A DNA stretch of 64,000 nt, taken from the IMG/VR virus record IMGVR_UViG_3300045988_154953; one strand, given 5' to 3'. A program made the position numbers and the translations under genes. The stretch is from a virus. Of this stretch, positions 17,126 to 24,731 are shown piece after piece. How positions within the stretch are numbered: position 1 is the first letter of the stretch; each line of letters starts with the position of its first letter. A model generated the notes under the pieces. The model was not told where the DNA came from, did not search any database, and saw only the letters and a list, made by a program, of their open reading frames with translations.

Positions 17126-18391
17126 TTAATCTCCATAATTTTGAGCAGCAATCCAATTTTCTAAAAGTTCTCTCATACGACTACTAGGTATGTATACTGT
17201 AATATGTTTACCATTTCTTATAGCGCTTCTCCATAAAAATTGAAGCATCTCTGATACCGCATAACCATCTTCATCAACAATCACACCATGAGATGTAAAG
17301 AATTTTTTAATGAATGGATTAAAATATTTATTAACCAAATAAGCAATGGCAGTGCGATCAGCATATTCATTTGTAGCTCTCATATTAGATGGAATGAACC
17401 CTTTTGCGTAACCATTTCCAGAAACAAGCGTTTTATAGTCTTTAAATGTTGTCCACATGTTATTATTAGATTTAGATTTCTCATAGTTTTGAGTTTCTTC
17501 ATTAAAAGCAATTAGTTTGTTATTATAAAAATTAAATGTATTATTCTTTAACTGCTTTACAAGTATATTATCTTTATTTCGTTCATACCATGTTTTAGAT
17601 AAAGCATTTGGAGAATCGCCAATCATATTTAACTTTTTATCATCAATAATATTTATAAGATTTTTGTAATTATATTTTGCTTTATATGTATGTTCTTCCT
17701 CTGTAAAACAATAATTATCTTTATTATCTCCAACTGTATATAAATACTTATATATAATACCATAATAATCATAATAATATTTTTGCATTTGAGCATTGAA
17801 CATATAAGTTAATATGTAACTTTCTCTAAAAGCATTAAATATTTTTACTGGAAACATCCAAAGCATTACCGATCCGCCATACATAGCCAGACATCCCATT
17901 TCACATAATCGTTTTTCTTCTCGAAAACGTCCCTTATAGTCATCAGCTCCATCACGCCATTCTAATAGACCCGTATTTCTATTAATATCAACAAATTTAT
18001 CTAATAAAATATCTAAATCCACTTTTTCAATTTGATATTGCTCTATAACGTCTGTGACCTCATCCATAAATAATACATAATTTTGAGAATAACATAAATC
18101 AATTACTTCGTCATCAAAATGATGGAAGAGTGCATGTGTCGTTACTATATTCTTTCCTTTATTTAATAGTTCTTTCAAATGAACAATTTTAGGAGTTTGA
18201 TTAGTATATTTAATCGGTTCTATGAATTTTTTATTTGCACATGCTTGTTTAATTCTTTCTACCTCAGTAATATATGGTGTTACATATATAATCTTTAAAT
18301 CATCAGGAGATTCTTTAATATAATTAATTGCTGCACTTGTTTTACCAGATCCCATAATACTATCTACTACATTGACAGTTATTTCATTCAT
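17126..18391 (-). CDS. P-loop NTPase (helicase-like Walker A/B protein)
   Basis: Walker A SIMGSGKTSAA, Walker B VLFMDEVTD, then VTTHALF. AAAGGTGG upstream of the ATG. First gene of the leftward cluster. Confidence 0.55.
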   Translation of the reverse strand: MNEITVNVVDSIMGSGKTSAAINYIKESPDDLKIIYVTPYITEVERIKQACANKKFIEPIKYTNQTPKIVHLKELLNKGKNIVTTHALFHHFDDEVIDLCYSQNYVLFMDEVTDVIEQYQIEKVDLDILLDKFVDINRNTGLLEWRDGADDYKGRFREEKRLCEMGCLAMYGGSVMLWMFPVKIFNAFRESYILTYMFNAQMQKYYYDYYGIIYKYLYTVGDNKDNYCFTEEEHTYKAKYNYKNLINIIDDKKLNMIGDSPNALSKTWYERNKDNILVKQLKNNTFNFYNNKLIAFNEETQNYEKSKSNNNMWTTFKDYKTLVSGNGYAKGFIPSNMRATNEYADRTAIAYLVNKYFNPFIKKFFTSHGVIVDEDGYAVSEMLQFLWRSAIRNGKHITVYIPSSRMRELLENWIAAQNYGD

Positions 18392-18874
18392 ATATTATTA
18401 CCACCTTTATTTTAAGAGATTTTTTGAATCATCTCGACATTAATGTATTTCATCTAACAAAAATCAACTTAATAGGTTTTTAATCTCAATTCCTCTTAAA
18501 TTAAAAATTTACTCCTTTATTTTCAACGTTTTTTTGATATACCCATTAAAGAGTATTAAGTATAACTCTCTTAAAATTAGAAAATCAACTTAGAAGCATC
18601 AGAAATTTCAGAAATTGAATTTTCGTTGGGCACATAATTAAGATTATCTTTTGATTATAAGTATTTTTTGAATTTTTCTCTTTGATTTTGTCATTTTTTA
18701 GATCAATTTCCTCCTTTATTTACATAGTATTTATTGTATTCTGTTTGAATAAAGTAATTTAATAAAATTCCCGGATAAAAACATTTGGAACGAAGTGACA
18801 AATTTTTTAGCCAAACAAGTATTATTTCTGAGCGTAGCGAAGAATAATGCTTGTCTTATCAAATGTCTTTCTAA

Positions 18875-18892
18875 AATTATATTGATTAGTTT
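18875..18892 (-). promoter_or_regulatory. recurrent 18-nt motif AAACTAATCAATATAATT (copy 2)
   Basis: Exact consensus on the minus strand in the divergent control region. Confidence 0.5.
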
Positions 18893-18946
18893 GAAAATTG
18901 TAAATCTATTTATATAATACTACTATTTACCTTATTTGTCAATCAA

Positions 18947-18964
18947 AATTAAATTGATTAGTTT
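18947..18964 (-). promoter_or_regulatory. recurrent 18-nt motif AAACTAATCAATTTAATT (copy 3)
   Basis: T-variant on the minus strand, 55 nt from copy 2. Confidence 0.5.
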
Positions 18965-19027
18965 AGACGGATAAGTTGGTTTGATAAGATGTAATACATT
19001 AAAAATCCATATAAATCTCATGCAAAA

Positions 19028-19285
19028 TTAGATATTTAAATCAATGATTGCATTAATGAAATGATAAAGATATTAAAAAATATGAGTATTCTTATGAAAT
19101 TTACTCTAATCAAAAAAATTTTTAGTATGAATATTTTTAACTGATCAAAATGAGTCGTTTAAAATTTAGATAATTATAGTAATTGGGTGGAATGATAAAG
19201 AAAATTATTTCAATTTTAGATATTTAATTTGCAAGCTGGAAGAATGAGATATTGTATAGATAATATGTAATTTTTCGATATTTAA
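19028..19285. repeat. dispersed TTAGATATTTAA-type repeats in an AT-rich control region (possible iterons or operator sites)
   Basis: TTAGATATTTAA at 19028 and 19216, TTAGATAATTAT at 19166, TTCGATATTTAA at 19274. Confidence 0.4.
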
Positions 19286-19785
19286 TCCGATAAATTGGTT
19301 TTTAATAGGAATTATTAAAATGTTATAGGAATTATATGAAGAATTTTGAGTCAGTGTGTAAATTGACCAGCTACAGCATTTGGATCAAAAGCAAACACAC
19401 GTTCTGGTTTTTACTACCCCCTATCCATAAAAGAACATATGTTCTATTAAAACTGGTAAAAATTATAGTTTTTCCCAATTCTAATTCAATTCAATACAAT
19501 TTGCTATATATTGTTTAATATGTTTTTGTTTTGAATACAATAGATATTAAAATTTTTAAATTACTTTTCAAATTGACTATATAAATGAAATTTTTTAGTC
19601 AATTCCTTTTTAAAATGATATATTATTTTAATTTTTCACACAATATCGTACAATTATGCATCTGGTCATATTAATTTGTTCAATTTAATCAACATTAATA
19701 ATACCAGAACACCAGATACAACATTAATCAACATGATATCTATTTATAGATAAAATGTCTATTAAAAATATTTTTAAATTTATTG

Positions 19786-19814
19786 TTGACAATCACGGAA
19801 AACCGTGATAATAT
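19786..19814 (+). promoter_or_regulatory. sigma-A-type promoter P1 with palindromic operator in the spacer
   Basis: TTGACA (19786-19791), 17-nt spacer ATCACGGAAAACCGTGA, TAATAT (19809-19814). The spacer plus first -10 base form the palindrome ATCACGGAAAACCGTGAT. Confidence 0.7.
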
Positions 19815-19903
19815 ATAGACATCCCAAACTGGATAACAATTTTATATTGCTTTTGATTGCAGTCAACAATAAATAGTAGCTAAAGAAAAATTACAAAAAG
19901 TTG

Positions 19904-19932
19904 TTGACAATCACGGAAAACCGTGATACAAT
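19904..19932 (+). promoter_or_regulatory. sigma-A-type promoter P2, tandem duplicate of P1
   Basis: TTGACA (19904-19909), identical 17-nt spacer, TACAAT (19927-19932). A 29-nt block is identical to P1. Confidence 0.7.
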
Positions 19933-20656
19933 CAAAACAAGTTAAGAACTGGTCAATAGTTCTTACGTCATTATATCACATCTGACCAGTACTTGACAAC
20001 CATTGGATAAAATCCTATCCGATGGTAGGCGGTAAGCCTCTGCCATGAAACACTGGTATACTTTCTGCTTGGTAGGTCGTAAAACATCTACCGCAATAAA
20101 GGTGTTGTTCTTTGACAACTTAATAGCCGTTTCATCTTTTTTAAGATGATAATACTTGTCTCGGTATGACAAAAGACAAGGAATTCCATGAGTAGGGATA
20201 AACGAAAATGGTACGGGAATGTTATGCTTACGGGTGTAGTATGTCTCGGACACTAGAAATAGTGGGCGTGGTGTAGCCGACAAGCTGGCCAATGCAATTC
20301 GCTGGTAATAGGTGATAGCAATTAGGGCAATGTTATACACAAAAAGTCTGCAAAATTCACGGTGGTAAATGGGCGGTTGTAGTCTTGTAATATTGCAAGC
20401 CCCGCAAAAAGTGATAAAAATAATCCGTGAAAAGTAGTAGAAACTTTTGTAAATAATAACATTGACTATCGGTGATAGGTCAATACATCTTTCTAATAGC
20501 TCTTTTTTTGAGAAGCTATGGGCGCTTAAAAACGAATAACATTAAATGTAATGTTACCGTTGACGGTTCAAAGTCCGTATGAGAAAAACAGATGACATTT
20601 TAATTTTATTTTCTGCCGATGTCCCCGGCTAGAATAGGGATAGAAAGGGGCATATT

Positions 20657-21463
20657 ATGCTGTGTAACTATATTAAGAACGTGGAGAACCAGGAAGTAAG
20701 AGCAACTTTAACAGATGCTATCACATGGGAAAAATGCGACATGCTGTTAACTCTTAATGCTGAGTCATTAGCAAAACAGGAGAAAATCCTGTCAAGCAAA
20801 GAATCCAGCGAAGAGGATAAAAAAGCCGCTCAGGCCAAAGTTGACAAGTTGACCGCTGAGAAAGATAAACTTGTCAAAGAGCAGTCGGAAGTAGCAGACG
20901 TTTATAAATCTGTTTTGGCTGCTATTGCTGGGGCTAAAAATGAATATATCTCTAACGATGAGACGGCAGCCCGCAACATTCTTAGGCTGTCAAGTTGTGA
21001 TGATAACAAGAATTTTTTCAAGCTTGCTATCATCACTTCAGAAACTTTTGAAAGTTTCTATGACGGCATGGTTCAATTGCATGATACATGCTCTGAATCC
21101 ATCGCTGACAATGGGCTTAGGACTTATTCAGATGCTGATAATAAAGTGGCATCTGAATTGATGCTTAATGTCCAGAAAACACTTAGGGGCATGTTGTCTA
21201 TCCCTGTTGAAAATGACTATACAAAAAAATGTGTAGTCAAAATCAACAAACAGGACATGAACATTATCCATGAGTGTTTTGTTAGCGGTGTTTCCGTTGA
21301 CATCACTAAGGATAAAGAGGGTAAAACTAAGTCTGTTGACGGTTTATCATTCAGATATGCCATCAACAAAAAGACAAAAAGAGACGGTACTGTTGAATAT
21401 AATGGTATCCGTTTCAAAGAAACATTAGCAAAAATTGTTTTTGCTAAACTGTTTTCAAAATAA
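20657..21463 (+). CDS. hypothetical protein (coiled-coil N-terminal half)
   Basis: AAAGGGG lies 7 nt upstream of the ATG. GC-richer than the phage backbone. Internal and antisense ORFs 20925..21161 and 21217..21417 were rejected. Confidence 0.65.
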   Translation: MLCNYIKNVENQEVRATLTDAITWEKCDMLLTLNAESLAKQEKILSSKESSEEDKKAAQAKVDKLTAEKDKLVKEQSEVADVYKSVLAAIAGAKNEYISNDETAARNILRLSSCDDNKNFFKLAIITSETFESFYDGMVQLHDTCSESIADNGLRTYSDADNKVASELMLNVQKTLRGMLSIPVENDYTKKCVVKINKQDMNIIHECFVSGVSVDITKDKEGKTKSVDGLSFRYAINKKTKRDGTVEYNGIRFKETLAKIVFAKLFSK

Positions 21464-21495
21464 TTGCAGACTTAATTGTTAATTAAGTTTGCAAA

Positions 21496-21544
21496 GGGAT
21501 GGCTCTGGTGAGCTTTTATCATGGTTCGATTCCATGACGTCCCA
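21496..21544 (+). ncRNA. tRNA-like element A lacking an anticodon arm
   Basis: GGGAUG-GCUC UGGU GAGC-UUUUAU-CAUGG UUCGAUU CCAUG-A-CGUCCC-A. It has an acceptor-like stem, a D-like hairpin and a canonical T arm. Confidence 0.5.
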
Positions 21545-21580
21545 TTTCTATAAATCCGCACCTATGAAAGGGGTATTTTT

Positions 21581-21790
21581 ATGACTAGATATTACGGTAG
21601 TTATGCAGATATTATTCTTCTTGAGGCTGAACTTACAGAGGTCAATAATCAAATTGACGCTATGTATGACTTTTGGAACGAAAACAGCGTTCCTGAGTCT
21701 CTGGTGGCTCGTGCTGAGTCTCTTGAGAAAGAACTGGAAACTTTAAAACGCACACGTACTCGTGGTGGACTTGTGTGCCGGTGCTATTAA
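21581..21790 (+). CDS. hypothetical protein
   Basis: GAAAGGGG upstream; ORF track. Confidence 0.55.
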   Translation: MTRYYGSYADIILLEAELTEVNNQIDAMYDFWNENSVPESLVARAESLEKELETLKRTRTRGGLVCRCY

Positions 21791-21822
21791 GCGGAAAGTC
21801 TGTAGAAAGAGAGGGAAACGAG

Positions 21823-22059
21823 ATGAATTACGTCCAGATTCAAAAAATGCTTCAGGACATCAAAACCGATTATATTGTAAAGGGTCGGCCTTGGAAAGAT
21901 GATGAATATGTCATCATTGACATATTAATGCATGTATATCTCAAACACGCTGACATTGACCATGAAGAGATTAAATGGCTTTTTGTCAACTATCTGGAAA
22001 CGGGTGAACTGAATTTTCCGGCAGCTATAAAAATGGCACGACAACGGAAGTATGCATAA
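21823..22059 (+). CDS. hypothetical protein
   Basis: Trimmed to ATG at 21823 (MNYVQIQK) after GAGGGAA. Confidence 0.55.
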   Translation: MNYVQIQKMLQDIKTDYIVKGRPWKDDEYVIIDILMHVYLKHADIDHEEIKWLFVNYLETGELNFPAAIKMARQRKYA

Positions 22060-22064
22060 TGTAA

Positions 22065-22107
22065 GGACGGCTGGTGCTGTAATATGAGTTCGATTCTCAT
22101 ACGTCTG
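22065..22107 (+). ncRNA. tRNA-like element B lacking an anticodon arm
   Basis: GGACG-GC UGGU GC-UGUAAU-AUGAG UUCGAUU CUCAU-A-CGUCU. Same architecture as element A, with compensatory T-stem changes. Confidence 0.45.
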
Positions 22108-22175
22108 TTTTGGAACTGTAAATGCAAACTAAAAATATTACGCACCTATGCGTAAAATAGGGGATTGGAGTAAAT

Positions 22176-22355
22176 ATGAAAACAAAATTTTCTGAACTTA
22201 CAAGAGAATTGGGAAAATTGTACCCAATAGAATATGATTATTGTAGTACGGAATCATTGTATTCCCGTGCTTTAAATGACGGAAAAATTACGAGAGGTAT
22301 ATTTAATGCCGCAAAAAAATATTATGATATCATGTGGGATTATGTAGGTGATTAA
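22176..22355 (+). CDS. hypothetical protein (59 aa)
   Basis: Own translation MKTKFSELTRELGKLYPIEYDYC...WDYVGD. GGGGATTGGAG upstream. Confidence 0.5.
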   Translation: MKTKFSELTRELGKLYPIEYDYCSTESLYSRALNDGKITRGIFNAAKKYYDIMWDYVGD

Positions 22356-22403
22356 TTCACCTACATAGGCAAACTGCAAATATAAAAGGAAAGAGAGGAA
22401 AAT

Positions 22404-22580
22404 ATGAAAATATTAGTAACTATAATTAAAACAGTCTTATTAATTTTCGCCCTGCTCATTGGTTGGGTATTCATGACGTGTGATGTCATGGCCGGTGGTC
22501 TTTGGATCATCTTATGTATAACATCATACGGCGCTGTATACGGTATAGTTGAAGAATACAGAGAAAATAAAGCAAAATAG
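22404..22580 (+). CDS. hypothetical membrane protein (58 aa, 2 TM)
   Basis: Own translation MKILVTIIKTVLLIFALLIGWVF...GLWIILCITSYGAVYGIV. AGAGAGGAA upstream. Confidence 0.5.
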   Translation: MKILVTIIKTVLLIFALLIGWVFMTCDVMAGGLWIILCITSYGAVYGIVEEYRENKAK

Positions 22581-22595
22581 AGAGGGGATATATTT

Positions 22596-22802
22596 ATGAA
22601 AAAATATTACATTAGATTGTTTTATAGTAACACCTGTTCACCAAAAACAAGGAAAGTCTCTAAATTCTTTTTTAAAAGAGAATTTAGAGATAGATTAAAA
22701 ACTGTCAGAAGCTATTATGATAGCGGATGGCAGCGAATGGATATCTCAGCTTTGAAAAAAGCGGAAAATGTGTCTGCTTTATTTATCTATAAAGCAGACT
22801 AA
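22596..22802 (+). CDS. hypothetical protein (basic)
   Basis: AGAGGGG upstream; ORF track. Confidence 0.5.
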   Translation: MKKYYIRLFYSNTCSPKTRKVSKFFFKREFRDRLKTVRSYYDSGWQRMDISALKKAENVSALFIYKAD

Positions 22803-22815
22803 CGGGGGTATTATT

Positions 22816-23232
22816 ATGACAAAAAATAGATTATTTACAGCAGTTAATACGGAAATTATTCATGGTAGAATTTTCTTAATGAATTCTACAATTTTAGAAT
22901 TAGATAACCATGTTGTATTTGTATGTACAAATGGATTTAAAGTAAATAAACAGGGAGAATATAAGCTCCTTGCATGGTTGCCAGGTAATAGAAAATGGGT
23001 GTCTGTTTATGCCAATAATAAATTTACAGATGCCATGTATAGATGTTATAGACAAACACGGAAAAGCGGGAAAAGCAAAATGTCTGCTTCAAATGTTCAA
23101 AACATGATGAAGCATGACAGAGTGCATAAACACGGTTCCGGCGGTTCCCGAATTTTCAACGGAAGTATAACCGACTATGAGACACGGAAACGGCCTTTGC
23201 ATGACTTCAATAGAGGCTATAATTTTACTTGA
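22816..23232 (+). CDS. hypothetical protein
   Basis: Trimmed to ATG at 22816 (MTKNRLF) after ACGGGGG. Confidence 0.55.
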   Translation: MTKNRLFTAVNTEIIHGRIFLMNSTILELDNHVVFVCTNGFKVNKQGEYKLLAWLPGNRKWVSVYANNKFTDAMYRCYRQTRKSGKSKMSASNVQNMMKHDRVHKHGSGGSRIFNGSITDYETRKRPLHDFNRGYNFT

Positions 23233-23239
23233 AAAATCA

Positions 23240-23268
23240 TTGCAAATCACATGTATGTGTGATAGAAT
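23240..23268 (+). promoter_or_regulatory. promoter of the HTH gene with ATCAC-N8-GTGAT operator in the spacer
   Basis: TTGCAA (23240-23245), 17-nt spacer ATCACATGTATGTGTGA, TAGAAT (23263-23268). Palindrome ATCACATGTATGTGTGAT. Confidence 0.6.
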
Positions 23269-23298
23269 TGAGGTGAGAAATGGAGGAATAATATTAAT

Positions 23299-23571
23299 AT
23301 GATTGTATATTATAAATTAGCAAGTCTCTTAAAAGAGAGAAATATGAATTGGAAAGATTTATCAGCTGCCGGTATTGGAATAAATGCTCCACAAAGTTTT
23401 TCACAAAATAAATCCATGAATACAACAAATATAGACAAAGTATGTATGTATCTTGGTGTGCAGCCTGGCGATATTATGGAATGCGTTGATGAAAAAGATA
23501 TAGAAAAAGCAAAACTTGAAGCTCAAATGGCAGAACTTCAAAAAAAATTAGACGCACTCAAAAACAATTAA
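23299..23571 (+). CDS. Cro/C1-type HTH transcriptional regulator (YozG/HTH_26-like)
   Basis: LASLLKERNMNWKDLSAAGIGINAPQSFSQNKSMNTTNIDKVCMYLGVQPGDIMEC fits the short Cro/C1 HTH pattern ending in C..L.cqPgDi.e. Confidence 0.6.
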   Translation: MIVYYKLASLLKERNMNWKDLSAAGIGINAPQSFSQNKSMNTTNIDKVCMYLGVQPGDIMECVDEKDIEKAKLEAQMAELQKKLDALKNN

Positions 23572-23689
23572 ACACACTAAACCATTTTCGTGATGTCGGG
23601 AAAATGGTAATTAAGCACCCAAACGCGTTTTACAACGTAAACGCAAAGTAAAGCGAATGGGTGCTATTTTTATTGAAGAGGACATGAGA

Positions 23690-23866
23690 ATGAAATTTGA
23701 TAATTATTTAAAAGAACAGTTACAAGATCCTGAATTTAAGAAAGAATGGGACGGTACACAGGAAGAGTATGCAGCCATTAACGATAAAATAAAGGCAAAC
23801 GCATTAAATTATAATAATCCATCTGTATCAGAAAGATATATCCGAGACAACAAAAATCATTCTTGA
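23690..23866 (+). CDS. HigA-like antitoxin N-terminal-region paralog without HTH
   Basis: MKFDNYLKEQLQDPEFKKEWDGTQEEY parallels NDPDFRKAWDESRAEY of 24274..24570. No HTH follows. ATG at 23690 lies 7 nt after GAGGA. Confidence 0.45.
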   Translation: MKFDNYLKEQLQDPEFKKEWDGTQEEYAAINDKIKANALNYNNPSVSERYIRDNKNHS

Positions 23867-23892
23867 CAAAAACAACATATATGATGTATTAT
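23863..23892 (+). promoter_or_regulatory. sigma-A-type promoter of the toxin-antitoxin pair
   Basis: TTGACA (23863-23868), 18-nt spacer, TATTAT (23887-23892). Confidence 0.5.
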
Positions 23893-23923
23893 GTAAGTAC
23901 AAAAGAGAAAGAGAGGAAATTAC

Positions 23924-24262
23924 ATGATACTACACCCTTATAAATCAAATTCTGGACGGGATTTAATTTTTGAATATTTAGATTCTCTGCCAAACAACGA
24001 ACGTATTGATGGCTTGTCAGTTATAGAACATATGGAAAACGGAGAATTTGATAAAATCAATTTCAAACGATGGCAAAAGAAAGTATATGAAGTATATTTT
24101 CAAAAGCATAACCGTATATTTTATGTAACAGTAGATAAAGCTAATATATATTTGCTTCACGCTTGCCGAAAACAGAAAAATAAAACAGAAAAGCAAGATG
24201 CAGATATTGTCAAAAAGCGAGCAAAAGAACTAGGCAAAGAATTAAATAAAACATTTATTTAG
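23924..24262 (+). CDS. RelE/ParE-superfamily toxin (HigB / phage Gp49-like)
   Basis: ...VYEVYFQKHNRIFYVTVDKANIYLLHACRKQKNKTEKQDADIVKKRAKEL fits the Gp49/HigB C-terminal pattern. Precedes an XRE antitoxin by 11 nt. Confidence 0.7.
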   Translation: MILHPYKSNSGRDLIFEYLDSLPNNERIDGLSVIEHMENGEFDKINFKRWQKKVYEVYFQKHNRIFYVTVDKANIYLLHACRKQKNKTEKQDADIVKKRAKELGKELNKTFI

Positions 24263-24273
24263 GAGGTGTTTGT

Positions 24274-24570
24274 ATGCCATTTGGAACAGTAAATGTTAAG
24301 GAAGAAATTGAAAAGAGAAGGCAAAATGATCCTGATTTCAGAAAGGCATGGGATGAATCCCGTGCCGAGTATGAATTAATTGGAGAAATGATAAGTCTTC
24401 GAAAAAAAGAAAATATAACCCAAAAACAATTAGCTGCAATTACTGGAAATAAACAGCAGACTATTTCCAGAATTGAGCGAAAAGAGAGTGTCCCTACAAT
24501 TCGGATGTTTACGAAAATACTTGACGCATTAGGTTATGAATTGAGGATTGTAAAAAAGGGAAGTATGTAG
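24274..24570 (+). CDS. XRE-family HTH antitoxin (HigA-like)
   Basis: ITQKQLAAITGNKQQTISRIERKESVPTIRMFTKILDALGYELRIV. Confidence 0.7.
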   Translation: MPFGTVNVKEEIEKRRQNDPDFRKAWDESRAEYELIGEMISLRKKENITQKQLAAITGNKQQTISRIERKESVPTIRMFTKILDALGYELRIVKKGSM

Positions 24571-24599
24571 AAATTTAAAAGTGTAGTATCTTTAAATAG

Positions 24600-24633
24600 C
24601 ACCTATTATTTTTTTTAATAGGTGTTATTTTTG
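24600..24633 (+). terminator. Rho-independent terminator closing the GC-richer island
   Basis: Stem CACCUAUUA/UAAUAGGUG (24600-24608 / 24616-24624), U7 loop, then UUAUUUUU. Confidence 0.6.
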
Positions 24634-24731
24634 TGGAAAAAATTAGAGTAATCAGAATAGCTAGAATAAAAAAGCAAACACAATACATCATGCAAATGAA
24701 ACACACGTTTCAAACAGAAAGTGAGGATATT

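Noticed and set aside
18644-18694. 16-codon minus-strand ORF (MTKSKRKIQKILIIKR) with a strong AAAGGAGG RBS in the control region.
   Set aside because: It is too short to support as a gene from sequence alone. It is mentioned only as a possible leader peptide.
19963-20340. 125-aa minus-strand ORF called as a gene.
   Set aside because: Not called as a feature. It has a GTG start without an RBS, would be convergent with two strong promoters, and has unremarkable composition. I keep it as an open alternative in the findings because a terminator-like hairpin follows its stop.
21496-22107. The T-arm-like elements as ordinary tRNA genes or as simple attP cores.
   Set aside because: They are too short (43-49 nt) and have no anticodon arm, so they are not canonical tRNAs. 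They contain 5' acceptor and D-like parts and differ by compensatory changes, which a copied host tRNA 3' fragment would not show. No integrase is visible in the window.
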